DNA of 64,000 nucleotides from Candidatus Multivoradales bacterium (GTDB lineage Bacteria; Acidobacteriota; Thermoanaerobaculia; Multivoradales; JAHEKO01): contig CBDFIJ010000004.1 of NCBI GenBank assembly GCA_965248055.1, positions 320,001 through 384,000 on the forward strand, read 5' to 3'. The position numbers and the translations under genes are program-made. Numbering within the stretch: the stretch's first letter is position 1; the number at the start of each line of letters is the position of its first letter. Below are positions 1-7,959 of this stretch, piece by piece. The notes below the pieces were generated by a model. That model had not been told where the DNA came from. It did not search any database and saw nothing but the letters and a program-made list of their open reading frames with translations.

Positions 1-773
1 AACGACCTGCAGAAGGCGATAGCGTCCTCGATCGAGCCGAACCGATCGGGAAAGCTCGGGTGATACTTGAGGGTCTTGAATTGGGCTTCGGAGAAGGGAT
101 TATCGTTGGAGATGCGAGGCCGCGAGAACGACTGAGAGATACCAAGCCGTACGAGGAGTCGTCCGGTGTCCTTGGCGGTCATCGGCGAGCCCCGATCACT
201 GTGTAGGGTTAGCTGATTCTTGGGAATGCCTTGCTTGGTTGAGGTCTCCTCGAGAAGCCTTTGGGCTAAGGCCTCGCGTTCGTGCTCGGCGAGCATCCAG
301 CCGACCACATAGCGGCTGAAGATATCGAGGACAACGTAGAGATAGAACCACCATCCCGGCTGAGGACCTCGCAGCCGGGTGATATCCCAGCTCCAGACTT
401 GGTTTGCCGCTGTGGCGAGTAGCTCTGGCTTGGTATAGACCGGATGGCGGCGTTGGCGCCGTCTCTCCTGCAGCGTCTTCTCAGCTGCCAGGAGTCGGTA
501 CATGGTGCGCTCCGAGCACAGATAGCGTTCTTCGTCGAGAAGGGTGGCCACCACGGCCGCCGGTGCAGCGTCGACAAAGCGCGGCCCGTTGAGTAGGTCA
601 AGGACCTGTTGTTTTTCGCTGACTGTCAGTGCCCGAGCTGGAGTCGGTCGAGGCTGCTGAGGCTCGGTTGATCTCGGCCGAAGCCGACGATAGAACGTTG
701 CACGACTGACGCTCAGGCTCCGGCAGGCCGGTGCGATACCGACCCACGGAGCCAGCGTCCTGGCCGCTTTCAC
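1..773 (-). CDS. IS3-family transposase OrfB (rve/DDE integrase core), runs off the window edge
   Basis: Manual translation from GTG at 773, overlapping the OrfA TGA (GTGA): ...NQVWSWDITRL...YLYVVLDIFSRYVVGW...LHSDRGSPM...SRPRISNDNPFSEAQFKTLKY, the IS3 DDE motifs. Confidence 0.9.
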   Translation of the reverse strand, partial: MKAARTLAPWVGIAPACRSLSVSRATFYRRLRPRSTEPQQPRPTPARALTVSEKQQVLDLLNGPRFVDAAPAAVVATLLDEERYLCSERTMYRLLAAEKTLQERRRQRRHPVYTKPELLATAANQVWSWDITRLRGPQPGWWFYLYVVLDIFSRYVVGWMLAEHEREALAQRLLEETSTKQGIPKNQLTLHSDRGSPMTAKDTGRLLVRLGISQSFSRPRISNDNPFSEAQFKTLKYHPSFPDRFGSIEDAIAFCRS

Positions 774-1249
774 GAGTTCTTCTCGCCCTCTGAGGGGATA
801 CCCAGCAGCCCGGCTACTTTTCTTTGCACATCGATGATCAGCTGTGCCCTGTGCAATTCGTTCTCAAGCCGAGTCTTCTCCCGCTCTAGTCGAGCAACCT
901 TGCTTTCCAACGGGTGCCTTTTGGGTTTGCGTCCGCGCCTCTTGCCGAGCGCGGCAAGCGATCCCCGTCGCCGAGCTAGGCGCCAGTTAGATAGATGAGA
1001 TGAGTAGAGACCCTCCCGGCGCAACAGGGACCCGACCTCCTCTCGGCTGGAGCAAGCGTCGGCCTGCTCCAAGATCGCCAGCTTGTACTTTGCCGTAAAC
1101 CGCCGTCTGGCGGGTCGAGCCTCGATCTCAGGGTCGGGTACCGATTCGGGGGTCGAGGGCAACTGCGCCGTCTCCCCTCCGGCTCCCTCGTCGCTACGCT
1201 CCTCGGTCGCCTTCGGCGAGACGGGCAATATGGGCTGATTCTGAAACAT
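770..1249 (-). CDS. IS3-family transposase OrfA (HTH + coiled coil)
   Basis: RRRFTAKYKLAILEQAD...LLRREGLYSSHLSNWR; AGGAGG RBS upstream. Confidence 0.88.
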   Translation of the reverse strand: MFQNQPILPVSPKATEERSDEGAGGETAQLPSTPESVPDPEIEARPARRRFTAKYKLAILEQADACSSREEVGSLLRREGLYSSHLSNWRLARRRGSLAALGKRRGRKPKRHPLESKVARLEREKTRLENELHRAQLIIDVQRKVAGLLGIPSEGEKNS

Positions 1250-1360
1250 ACTGAAACCTCCTTCCGCCCTCTAATTATCAGGGGGCCAAGTGTCTCAGCT
1301 ACGTTGGCAGATAGGGAAATGACCGTCCCAGAAAGAACTTTGTAGGAAGGAACAGGACCT

Positions 1361-1591
1361 CTAGTACTGAATCTTCCCACTACGTGGTTCGTTAACAATT
1401 CTCATACCCATCTCCTTGTCTGTTGTTACTAAATTGTCCTCAATAAAGGACACTGCTGCTGTGACGTTACCAGAAGGCGCGCATCTGTCAAGGAACAGTG
1501 CAACAGGACAAGCGACCTCGGATACTGCGCTACAGCGTTCTCCACATGTCAATAATAACGCACCACGATTCGTTCCAATTGTTCCAGACAT
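1361..1591 (-). CDS. small hypothetical protein (76 aa, 4 Cys)
   Basis: Strong SD (AGGAGGT) 8 nt upstream of ATG; no recognisable domain. Confidence 0.35.
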   Translation of the reverse strand: MSGTIGTNRGALLLTCGERCSAVSEVACPVALFLDRCAPSGNVTAAVSFIEDNLVTTDKEMGMRIVNEPRSGKIQY

Positions 1592-1836
1592 GGGGCCACA
1601 CCTCCTACTAGTCCTCGGCCTTCTCCCTTAGCACCCCAGAATCAAAAGGAAGAAACAAGACGCACGCAGTGTCGGCGCGGTCGCCGATTCCGCTCCGACG
1701 TGCCGCGAAAACCCCGCCATCACAAGGCTGCGGAAGAATCGGCGACCTGTGAACATTCACAGTGAGACCCCACGAAACTCCAATCCGTGATTACCCCGTG
1801 ATTACTGAAACAATCTTGGGGTTTTTGGCTTTTTTA

Positions 1837-1901
1837 TAAGTCTTTTAAAATGTGGAGCCGGCACTCGGATTCGAACCGAGGACCTGCTGATTACAAGTCA
1901 G
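1837..1901 (-). repeat. att site: duplicated 3' part of tRNA-Thr(UGU)
   Basis: 65-bp direct repeat of 9671-9735 with 1 mismatch; includes the tRNA 3' 49 nt from the anticodon stem to CCA. Confidence 0.95.
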
Positions 1902-2028
1902 GTCTCCATGTATCCCTGATGTTTCGATCTGTTTCGCTGTAGGACAATAACTCTCATAAAATAAAGCTCTTATCGACTATCCGCACGAGAGTACAGTACG
2001 ATATGCTTCGCCATGAAGATGGTTCTGC

Positions 2029-2049
2029 TGGTTACTTCCTGGTTACTTC
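2029..2049 (+). promoter_or_regulatory. putative integrase arm-type binding sites (TGGTTACTTC x2, 11-bp period)
   Basis: Same tandem motif recurs at 9621-9641 near the other att. Confidence 0.65.
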
Positions 2050-2122
2050 TCTCAGAAAAGCTCGACCAGCTGACACCGCATTCCACTGACGAACGCAGAA
2101 CCAAAGAAGGAGGACTCCGTCC

Positions 2123-3319
2123 GTGAAACTCACCACGCGAGCTATTGATGCGATGTCGTATTCGCCATCTTCTGCTTCGTCTGCTTCGTCTGCTTCGTTG
2201 AAGACAAACACACCGGACTACCGATGGGACTCATCTCTTCCTGGGTTCGGTATCCGGATTTACCGAAGCGGGAAGAAATCGTTTGTGGTCTCATACCGGG
2301 TCCAAGGTCGCAAACGGATCATGGTGCTGGGCAAGTACGGGGTTCTGACGCTGGATGAAGCTCGTAAGAAAGCCCGCAAAGTACTCGGCGACGTATCGGA
2401 CGGGAAAGATCCGAGCAAAGAACGGCAGATCCTCCTGAAGTCTCCAACCATGAAGGATTTGGCAGATCGATATTTGACGGATCATGCGCCGAAGAAGAAA
2501 GCGAGCAGTGTGCGGGATGATCGGCGAATGTGGGAGAAGCACATTCTTCCTCGTCTTGGAAGGCGGAAGGTCTCAGCTATTACTCGCGAAGATATTGATC
2601 GTCTGCATACGGGCATGAAGGACACGCCCTATGCGGCCAACAGAACACTTGCCCTTCTCTCAAAATCTCTTCACTTGGCAGAGGTTTGGGGTTGGCGTCA
2701 GGACAGTACAAATCCGTGCCGGCATATCCAGAAATATACGGAAGAAAAGCGGGAACGATTTCTCAGCGTGGAGGAACTCAAACGATTGGGTGCCGTGCTG
2801 GATGAAGTGGAACGGGAAGCCACCGAGCTTCCTGGTGTTGTCTCCGCCCTGCGTCTCCTGCTTCTCACTGGCTGTCGTCTCAATGAAATCCTCCGACTGC
2901 GGTGGGACGATATCGATGAAGTGAGTAGGTGTTTCCATCTGCCCGACAGTAAGGTCGGGAAACGAACGGTCGTGGTCAGTGACGGCGTTTTCTCGGTTCT
3001 GGAGAAAATGGAATGCATTGAAGGAAATCCGTATGTCATTGCGGGAGCCAGAGAAGGTCAGCATCTGGTCAATCTCTCGAAGCCCTGGGGGCGTATCCGG
3101 AAGCGAGCGAATCTGGCAGATGTCCGACTTCATGATTTGCGACATACCTACGCCAGCTTCGGGGCTGGTGCCGGGCTATCACTTCCTCTCCTCGGGAAAA
3201 TGCTCGGGCACAAGCAGGCGTCAACCACAGCCCGGTATGCCCACTTAGCGAATGATCCGGTACGACGGGCAGTCGATCTGGTGGGTGATGAACTGCTCAG
3301 TGCTCTGGGTCAGCGGTGA
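2123..3319 (+). CDS. tyrosine recombinase/integrase with N-terminal arm-binding domain (island/P4-like)
   Basis: WDSSLPGFGIRI...GKKSFVVSYR arm domain; catalytic R (TGCR), K, HDLRH, LGH, RYAH; AGGAGG RBS. Confidence 0.95.
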   Translation: MKLTTRAIDAMSYSPSSASSASSASLKTNTPDYRWDSSLPGFGIRIYRSGKKSFVVSYRVQGRKRIMVLGKYGVLTLDEARKKARKVLGDVSDGKDPSKERQILLKSPTMKDLADRYLTDHAPKKKASSVRDDRRMWEKHILPRLGRRKVSAITREDIDRLHTGMKDTPYAANRTLALLSKSLHLAEVWGWRQDSTNPCRHIQKYTEEKRERFLSVEELKRLGAVLDEVEREATELPGVVSALRLLLLTGCRLNEILRLRWDDIDEVSRCFHLPDSKVGKRTVVVSDGVFSVLEKMECIEGNPYVIAGAREGQHLVNLSKPWGRIRKRANLADVRLHDLRHTYASFGAGAGLSLPLLGKMLGHKQASTTARYAHLANDPVRRAVDLVGDELLSALGQR

Positions 3320-3376
3320 GGATGAAGCCAGGCTTGAGAGAAATGAGATCGAGGCAAGAAAACTCTCTCTCCGCTG

Positions 3377-3464
3377 GCACAACCTGCCATTGTGCAAGGA
3401 GTTTCCGTCCTCCCGATCTTTGCAGTCGGGAGAACTCCAACTTTGCACGAATGCTTTGTTGTGC
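3377..3464 (-). other. integron attC-like recombination site (solitary)
   Basis: Minus strand: R'' GCACAAC, 5-nt spacer, L'' ATT(C)GTGC ... L' GCACAAT, 5-nt spacer, R' GTTGTGC; paired central stem; 88 bp. Confidence 0.7.
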
Positions 3465-3523
3465 TCAGCGAGTCAAGTGACAGAAGAAGGAATTCCACCA
3501 GCCTCCCCGCCACCAACCATCAG

Positions 3524-3560
3524 CCACGGCTGACAGGTCTTCCACGGCTGACAGGTCTTC
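3524..3560 (+). repeat. 18-bp tandem repeat x2
   Basis: CCACGGCTGACAGGTCTT twice. Confidence 0.9.
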
Positions 3561-3730
3561 ACCGACTCTTCCTACCGCTTCTTTTTCCTGTCATCTGTAT
3601 GGAGTCTGTCTCTGGTGCACATCCAGAAGATACTGAAGAAGCTCTGGAGTACTTGGAAGTTCTTTGTTTCCAGGAGTATGAGGATTCCTTGCGTACCCGT
3701 TGACTCTACCCGCTTCCTCTGCCCGAATGA

Positions 3731-3792
3731 CGGGTACGGCAAACGGATACTGAATCCGGGTACGGCAAACGGATACTGAATCCGGGTACGGC
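3731..3792 (+). repeat. 26-bp tandem repeat x2.4
   Basis: CGGGTACGGCAAACGGATACTGAATC units at 3731 and 3757, partial at 3783. Confidence 0.9.
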
Positions 3793-3812
3793 TTGCCGTG
3801 TGTCTTGGGACC

Positions 3813-5066
3813 CTACGGATTTTTGTCGAGCAGGCGTTCCAGTTCGTCGGCGAGATCCTGGTCAATCACAAGGTGGGTCACGCAGCATTTCTTCACAGCC
3901 GTAAGAGCAACCTTCGCTTTGAGCTTGCCATTGGCAACGGCAACGACTCCCATCCGTTCATTTAGTGCGATGCTCCTAAAATAACGGTAGCGGATTCCCA
4001 AGCAGGCCTTGTTCAATGGCTTAATCCATTCATCGAACTCGCTGTCGGATATGGATGGATGGGAAAGAATCACGCCACCGACGTCCCCCGCAATGTACCG
4101 AGAGAGATCTCGCTGTTGCCGGCGTGTTAATCGTGCTCGCAACGTTGGCGTGGGATTATCACCAAGAGCCCCCATGCCACAAATCAAACCCTCGGCTTGA
4201 TGAATCAGAGCGTCGGGATCGTTCTTGTCTGATCCAAAGACGCGTCGATAACCGTGACCCTCTTGGTAAAAACTCCGCAATAGGCTCATGACTTCAAAGC
4301 GATCAAGAGGCTTATCGCACCCTTCGAGAGTTCTGTCCATGTCTCCTGCAAAGTCCAGGAAAGCGGGTACAGCCGCAAGACTGGGTGGAGAGTCACTCCC
4401 CCAGATGAGAGCAAGGCGCTTAGCAATAACCGAGGCGCTTTGGCCGATATCTCTTGGGCGACCACGGAAAATGACTTCTCCAGCCGCAGGAAAGACAATT
4501 GGCGGATTTGAAGGTTTCCGATCTGTCAGCTGCGCGAGGCGTGCAGCGAGGTACTGTGGTGTCTCGCCCCAAGTGACTCCGACGACCTGAGGCTGGTTTC
4601 TCATCAGCCCAGCGACTACTTCAGCCGCTTTGAATGCCGTATCCTTCTTCCCCCCTCCATCCACAGGAGCAATATGAACGGCTCGAAGAGGACCTGGATG
4701 TCTTGATTTGGGCTCCTGCAATTCCTTCAGCTTGTCGACCAAAGAGATCTCACGCTCTCGATGGCGCAGGACTCCATCGCAGATCTCTCTGAGCTTCTCC
4801 TCGTGCTTTTCTGAAAACTCTCCTGTCCAACGCTTCTGGAGACCAAACCGATCCACCAGCTTGGAGACCATGCGAGACACGGTGGCTTGGCTGACCCCTC
4901 TTGGATCATCGCCGGTCTGACCAGCAGCTTCCAGTCGCCTTGCCAACTCTGCCTGCGAAAGATCATCAAACAGAAGAAGCGCCAATAGCTGCAGCTCCTT
5001 TTCGCTGAGTCCCGGGAACAACTCTTCGACCGGCTCTTGGTCTGTGTCTGTGTGCTCATCACTCAT
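3813..5066 (-). CDS. SorC/DeoR-like transcriptional regulator (HTH + sugar-binding domain)
   Basis: LSQAELARRL...VSQATVSRM HTH; VGVTWGET, GDVGG, VVAVANGKLKA, VTHLVIDQDLA sugar-binding motifs. Confidence 0.8.
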   Translation of the reverse strand: MSDEHTDTDQEPVEELFPGLSEKELQLLALLLFDDLSQAELARRLEAAGQTGDDPRGVSQATVSRMVSKLVDRFGLQKRWTGEFSEKHEEKLREICDGVLRHREREISLVDKLKELQEPKSRHPGPLRAVHIAPVDGGGKKDTAFKAAEVVAGLMRNQPQVVGVTWGETPQYLAARLAQLTDRKPSNPPIVFPAAGEVIFRGRPRDIGQSASVIAKRLALIWGSDSPPSLAAVPAFLDFAGDMDRTLEGCDKPLDRFEVMSLLRSFYQEGHGYRRVFGSDKNDPDALIHQAEGLICGMGALGDNPTPTLRARLTRRQQRDLSRYIAGDVGGVILSHPSISDSEFDEWIKPLNKACLGIRYRYFRSIALNERMGVVAVANGKLKAKVALTAVKKCCVTHLVIDQDLADELERLLDKNP

Positions 5067-5116
5067 ATGGCGGAGTTTATCCTACCGCTATGATGCATAT
5101 CTGTTTCGACACTGCA

Positions 5117-5146
5117 TTGACAATACACCACAAGATATCCTACGAT
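5117..5146 (+). promoter_or_regulatory. sigma70-like promoter for the secreted-protein operon
   Basis: TTGACA-18 bp-TACGAT. Confidence 0.55.
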
Positions 5147-5214
5147 GCCGTCTACGGAGATTACCGATGCCGCAAAGTAACCAATTCCAGACCTGTTTTC
5201 ATGGAGAATCAAAC

Positions 5215-6084
5215 ATGACAAAACTCGCGACTGTCGTCGGCGGACTCATCCTCACCTTGTTCTCAGGAGTGTTGAGCGCAAAGCCGGCCATGGAGTGTGA
5301 GCCGAGGAAATTGGAACTAGAGCCGGTTCTCGGCCACGAGATGACCGAGACGATTACATGCACGGCCACACGAGATCTTGGTCGTACTCATCCGTGGGTC
5401 AGCTCGGAGGGTCAGTCCTACATCACCCATATCGAGCCCAATAGCCCGATCGAGGTATTGAAGGGTGACGAGATCATCTACGAGATCTCGTTCTTCGTCC
5501 CTGAAGATGACATACATGCCACTGTCGATCTGACTTTCCATGTTCGTGAGTATCGCCCTGGAAGGAAAGGAAGGACGTACTCGGGACCGGTGCCGGCCAA
5601 GTTGAATTTGGTTGAAAAGAACTGGATTCCGTTAGAAGGAGATAGGTTCAGTTTTTTTTATCCTCCGGTCTTAGATTTCGACTTTCCTCTCGTGATTACC
5701 GAAGGTAGCCATGTCAATCAAACAAAGGTGAATATATCCGATGCGGTCGATAGCGTATCGCCTTATTTTTTCGTGTTGTCAATGCACTCAACGGAAGCTG
5801 AGACGATTATCGAGATTAATCCGAAATTAGATTTCCTCGCCAGACACCACGGAACAGAGGTACTCGCGAATGGGAATGAACTCCTGACCGTTGACCCCGC
5901 CAATCATGTGAGTGACGAGCGTTTCGGACCCTACCCTTCAACGTTTATTTTGGATAGAAGCAGAGAAATCGCCTTTACGGTAAACCTGTCTCAAGACCCC
6001 AACCCAGATCTATACGATGAGTTTGGAGATCACGAATTACATCGGATTCTGGTCGAAATCTCGAGAACCTTAGTAGCGGAATAA
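5215..6084 (+). CDS. secreted hypothetical protein (signal peptide, beta-rich N-domain, possible PsbP/DcrB-like C-domain)
   Basis: GGAGA RBS before ATG 5215; MTKLATVVGGLILTLFSGVLSA signal; FSFFYPP motif. Confidence 0.65.
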   Translation: MTKLATVVGGLILTLFSGVLSAKPAMECEPRKLELEPVLGHEMTETITCTATRDLGRTHPWVSSEGQSYITHIEPNSPIEVLKGDEIIYEISFFVPEDDIHATVDLTFHVREYRPGRKGRTYSGPVPAKLNLVEKNWIPLEGDRFSFFYPPVLDFDFPLVITEGSHVNQTKVNISDAVDSVSPYFFVLSMHSTEAETIIEINPKLDFLARHHGTEVLANGNELLTVDPANHVSDERFGPYPSTFILDRSREIAFTVNLSQDPNPDLYDEFGDHELHRILVEISRTLVAE

Positions 6085-6096
6085 GAGGAGAAGCAA

Positions 6097-7239
6097 ATGA
6101 ACGGAAATCGTCAGGCAATAATCGTCATGATTCTTTCAACCGTTCCGGTCTTAGCCAGCGGTGAAACACCTGAGTGCCATGAAGAAATGGCTCGCCTCGA
6201 TGGTGTGGCTGCCTATTCCAACGAAGTCATACCTTCGCCGGTGTCGTGTGGCGGTCGAGGGACGTATGGCAACCAATATCAATGCGTGGAATTCATCGAC
6301 CGTTACTACGCCGAGGCTCTTGGAGTTTCTGGTACCGAAGGCTGGATTGCTAATGGTGGCGACTATTTTGGAAAGGCAAGCGAATTTGGCCTTGAAGCAT
6401 ACAAGAATGGAGATGCTGGAACGCCTCCCAGAAAGGGTGACATCTTAGATTTTGGCCGGCCAGGGACGGAAATCGGTCACGCTGCAATTGTGAGCGGTTT
6501 TGACCGGGACTCAATGCTTGTCCACATTATTGAGCAGAACTGGTCGTTTGATGGTGTCGCTAGACTTAGCATTGAGCAAAAAGCCGATGGGAAGTGGTAC
6601 ATGCCACCGAGGGGGAATAGCACTCCTTATGAGATTCTTGGGTGGCTCCGGCTCCCAGGCTCGACACCACCACCCGCCGACTGCACGCCAGCTGATCCAA
6701 GCGGAACGGCTCCAGCAGACGATTTTGTTCTCAATGGAGGGTTTGAGGACCAATATGCCGAGCTTGCTTCCGACTGGACCCACTGCGACGCGGTAGCGAT
6801 CTACTCTGGGAATCAGCACACTCCTGGGGGAAGCTACTACGCCGGCTTCGGTACAGCAGGTGCGGGAGATTCGACCGCGATCCTAGCCCAAAAGGTGGAT
6901 GTACCTGATGACGGCAACCCGACCAGCTCTACGACGTTGGTGTTTTGGATCCGGATAGACGAAGTTCACAGCCAGAACCTGCAGACCGACAGGTTGTGGG
7001 TCACCGTCGATGACCCCGACCACTCCACGATGCCTGGTGAGCAGATGGTATTCAACGTTTTCGCCCAGAGCGGGCCTATCCTCGGAAACAACTTCGCACG
7101 CCAGCTGGTGGATCTGGGGCCGTGGCGGAGTAACGTCAAGGACCAGTCAAACAGGGTGACGATTCGATTCAAGTCGTCAACCACGAAAGCCCAGGGGGTA
7201 ATCTTCCGCATTGACGATGTGCGAGCGAAACAGCAATAG
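6097..7239 (+). CDS. secreted CHAP-domain amidase/peptidase with C-terminal carbohydrate-binding-like beta-sandwich
   Basis: YQCVEFIDRYY (catalytic Cys), GHAAIV (His), IIEQNW; C-terminal NGGFE...IDDV; AGGAG RBS. Confidence 0.85.
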   Translation: MNGNRQAIIVMILSTVPVLASGETPECHEEMARLDGVAAYSNEVIPSPVSCGGRGTYGNQYQCVEFIDRYYAEALGVSGTEGWIANGGDYFGKASEFGLEAYKNGDAGTPPRKGDILDFGRPGTEIGHAAIVSGFDRDSMLVHIIEQNWSFDGVARLSIEQKADGKWYMPPRGNSTPYEILGWLRLPGSTPPPADCTPADPSGTAPADDFVLNGGFEDQYAELASDWTHCDAVAIYSGNQHTPGGSYYAGFGTAGAGDSTAILAQKVDVPDDGNPTSSTTLVFWIRIDEVHSQNLQTDRLWVTVDDPDHSTMPGEQMVFNVFAQSGPILGNNFARQLVDLGPWRSNVKDQSNRVTIRFKSSTTKAQGVIFRIDDVRAKQQ

Positions 7240-7266
7240 AAAACTGTTTTCACGAGCTGTGAATCT

Positions 7267-7294
7267 AAGAGGCGACCTTAGGGTCACCCTTTTT
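7267..7294 (+). terminator. intrinsic terminator
   Basis: AAGAGGCGACC-TTAG-GGTCACCCTTTTT after the CHAP gene. Confidence 0.6.
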
Positions 7295-7761
7295 CATGGT
7301 CCCAAACCTCTGCTCTCGCCACCCCCCTATCCACATCGCCCTTTCACCGCTCTTCTCGCGGTATCCGAACCTCGCTCTGCGAGGTCGTCACCGTCTATCA
7401 CACATTCGGGGGGGGTTCAAGGGATACCCTCCTTGTGAGCTCCCCGGCCCCTGGCTGGACAAGATAGGCAGCCCGGCAGTGGCAAGGCTGCTGATGCAAT
7501 TGAGCAGAGCTCTGCTCGGCCGCCCAATTGCAATCTTGCTCCTCGGTGCCGCAGCGCGGCATCCCGAGCACACACCGCTCACATGCACACACACCGGCGG
7601 CCATGCTGCCTCTTCCTGCTGTCCGGATTCTGATTCCGGTGACGAGAATGAGAGACAGATACCGGCGCTCCGGCTTCACGATCGGCAACTGAGAACCTGG
7701 ACACGATGCCGTCAGAACTGAGAATGGAAGATACTGTTTCTTCTCCTCTCCGTTCCCGTCA

Positions 7762-7905
7762 ATGGCAGTAACTGTCTCCGAAGCACGGCAAACCCTTGGT
7801 TCAGAAGCGGATCTCTCCGATGACGATATCCAGCAGATGCTGGTGACCCTGTACGCTCTTGCCGATGATCTGCTTGATCTTCAAGAGAGAGGAGGATTAC
7901 AGTGA
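7762..7905 (+). CDS. small acidic protein (47 aa) upstream of the serine recombinase
   Basis: Manual translation MAVTVSEARQTLGSEADLSDDDIQQMLVTLYALADDLLDLQERGGLQ; below the ORF-track cutoff. Confidence 0.55.
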   Translation: MAVTVSEARQTLGSEADLSDDDIQQMLVTLYALADDLLDLQERGGLQ

Positions 7906-7959
7906 CCGCACATCCGTTTCCCGATCTCTCTTTTCTGTCTTCCTGTTTCCTTCTCATTG

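Larger units (their letters stand above)
1..1309 (-). mobile_element. IS3-family insertion sequence (left end at ~1309; right part outside window)
   Basis: orfA/orfB pair; left end reads TGCCAACGTAGCTGAGACA on the minus strand (TG terminus). Confidence 0.85.

Noticed and set aside
1853-1901. Second tRNA-Thr gene
   Set aside because: Only the 3' 49 nt are present; the D-arm and 5' acceptor strand are missing, so it is an att copy
2123-3319. Integron integrase IntI
   Set aside because: Has an N-terminal arm-binding domain, lacks the IntI-specific insertion, and sits at a tRNA att
3392-3703. 103-aa ORF downstream of the integrase
   Set aside because: Runs through the attC and tandem repeats, with no clear RBS or domain
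3731-3792. Possible CRISPR array
   Set aside because: Units are contiguous with no spacers, and there are no cas genes
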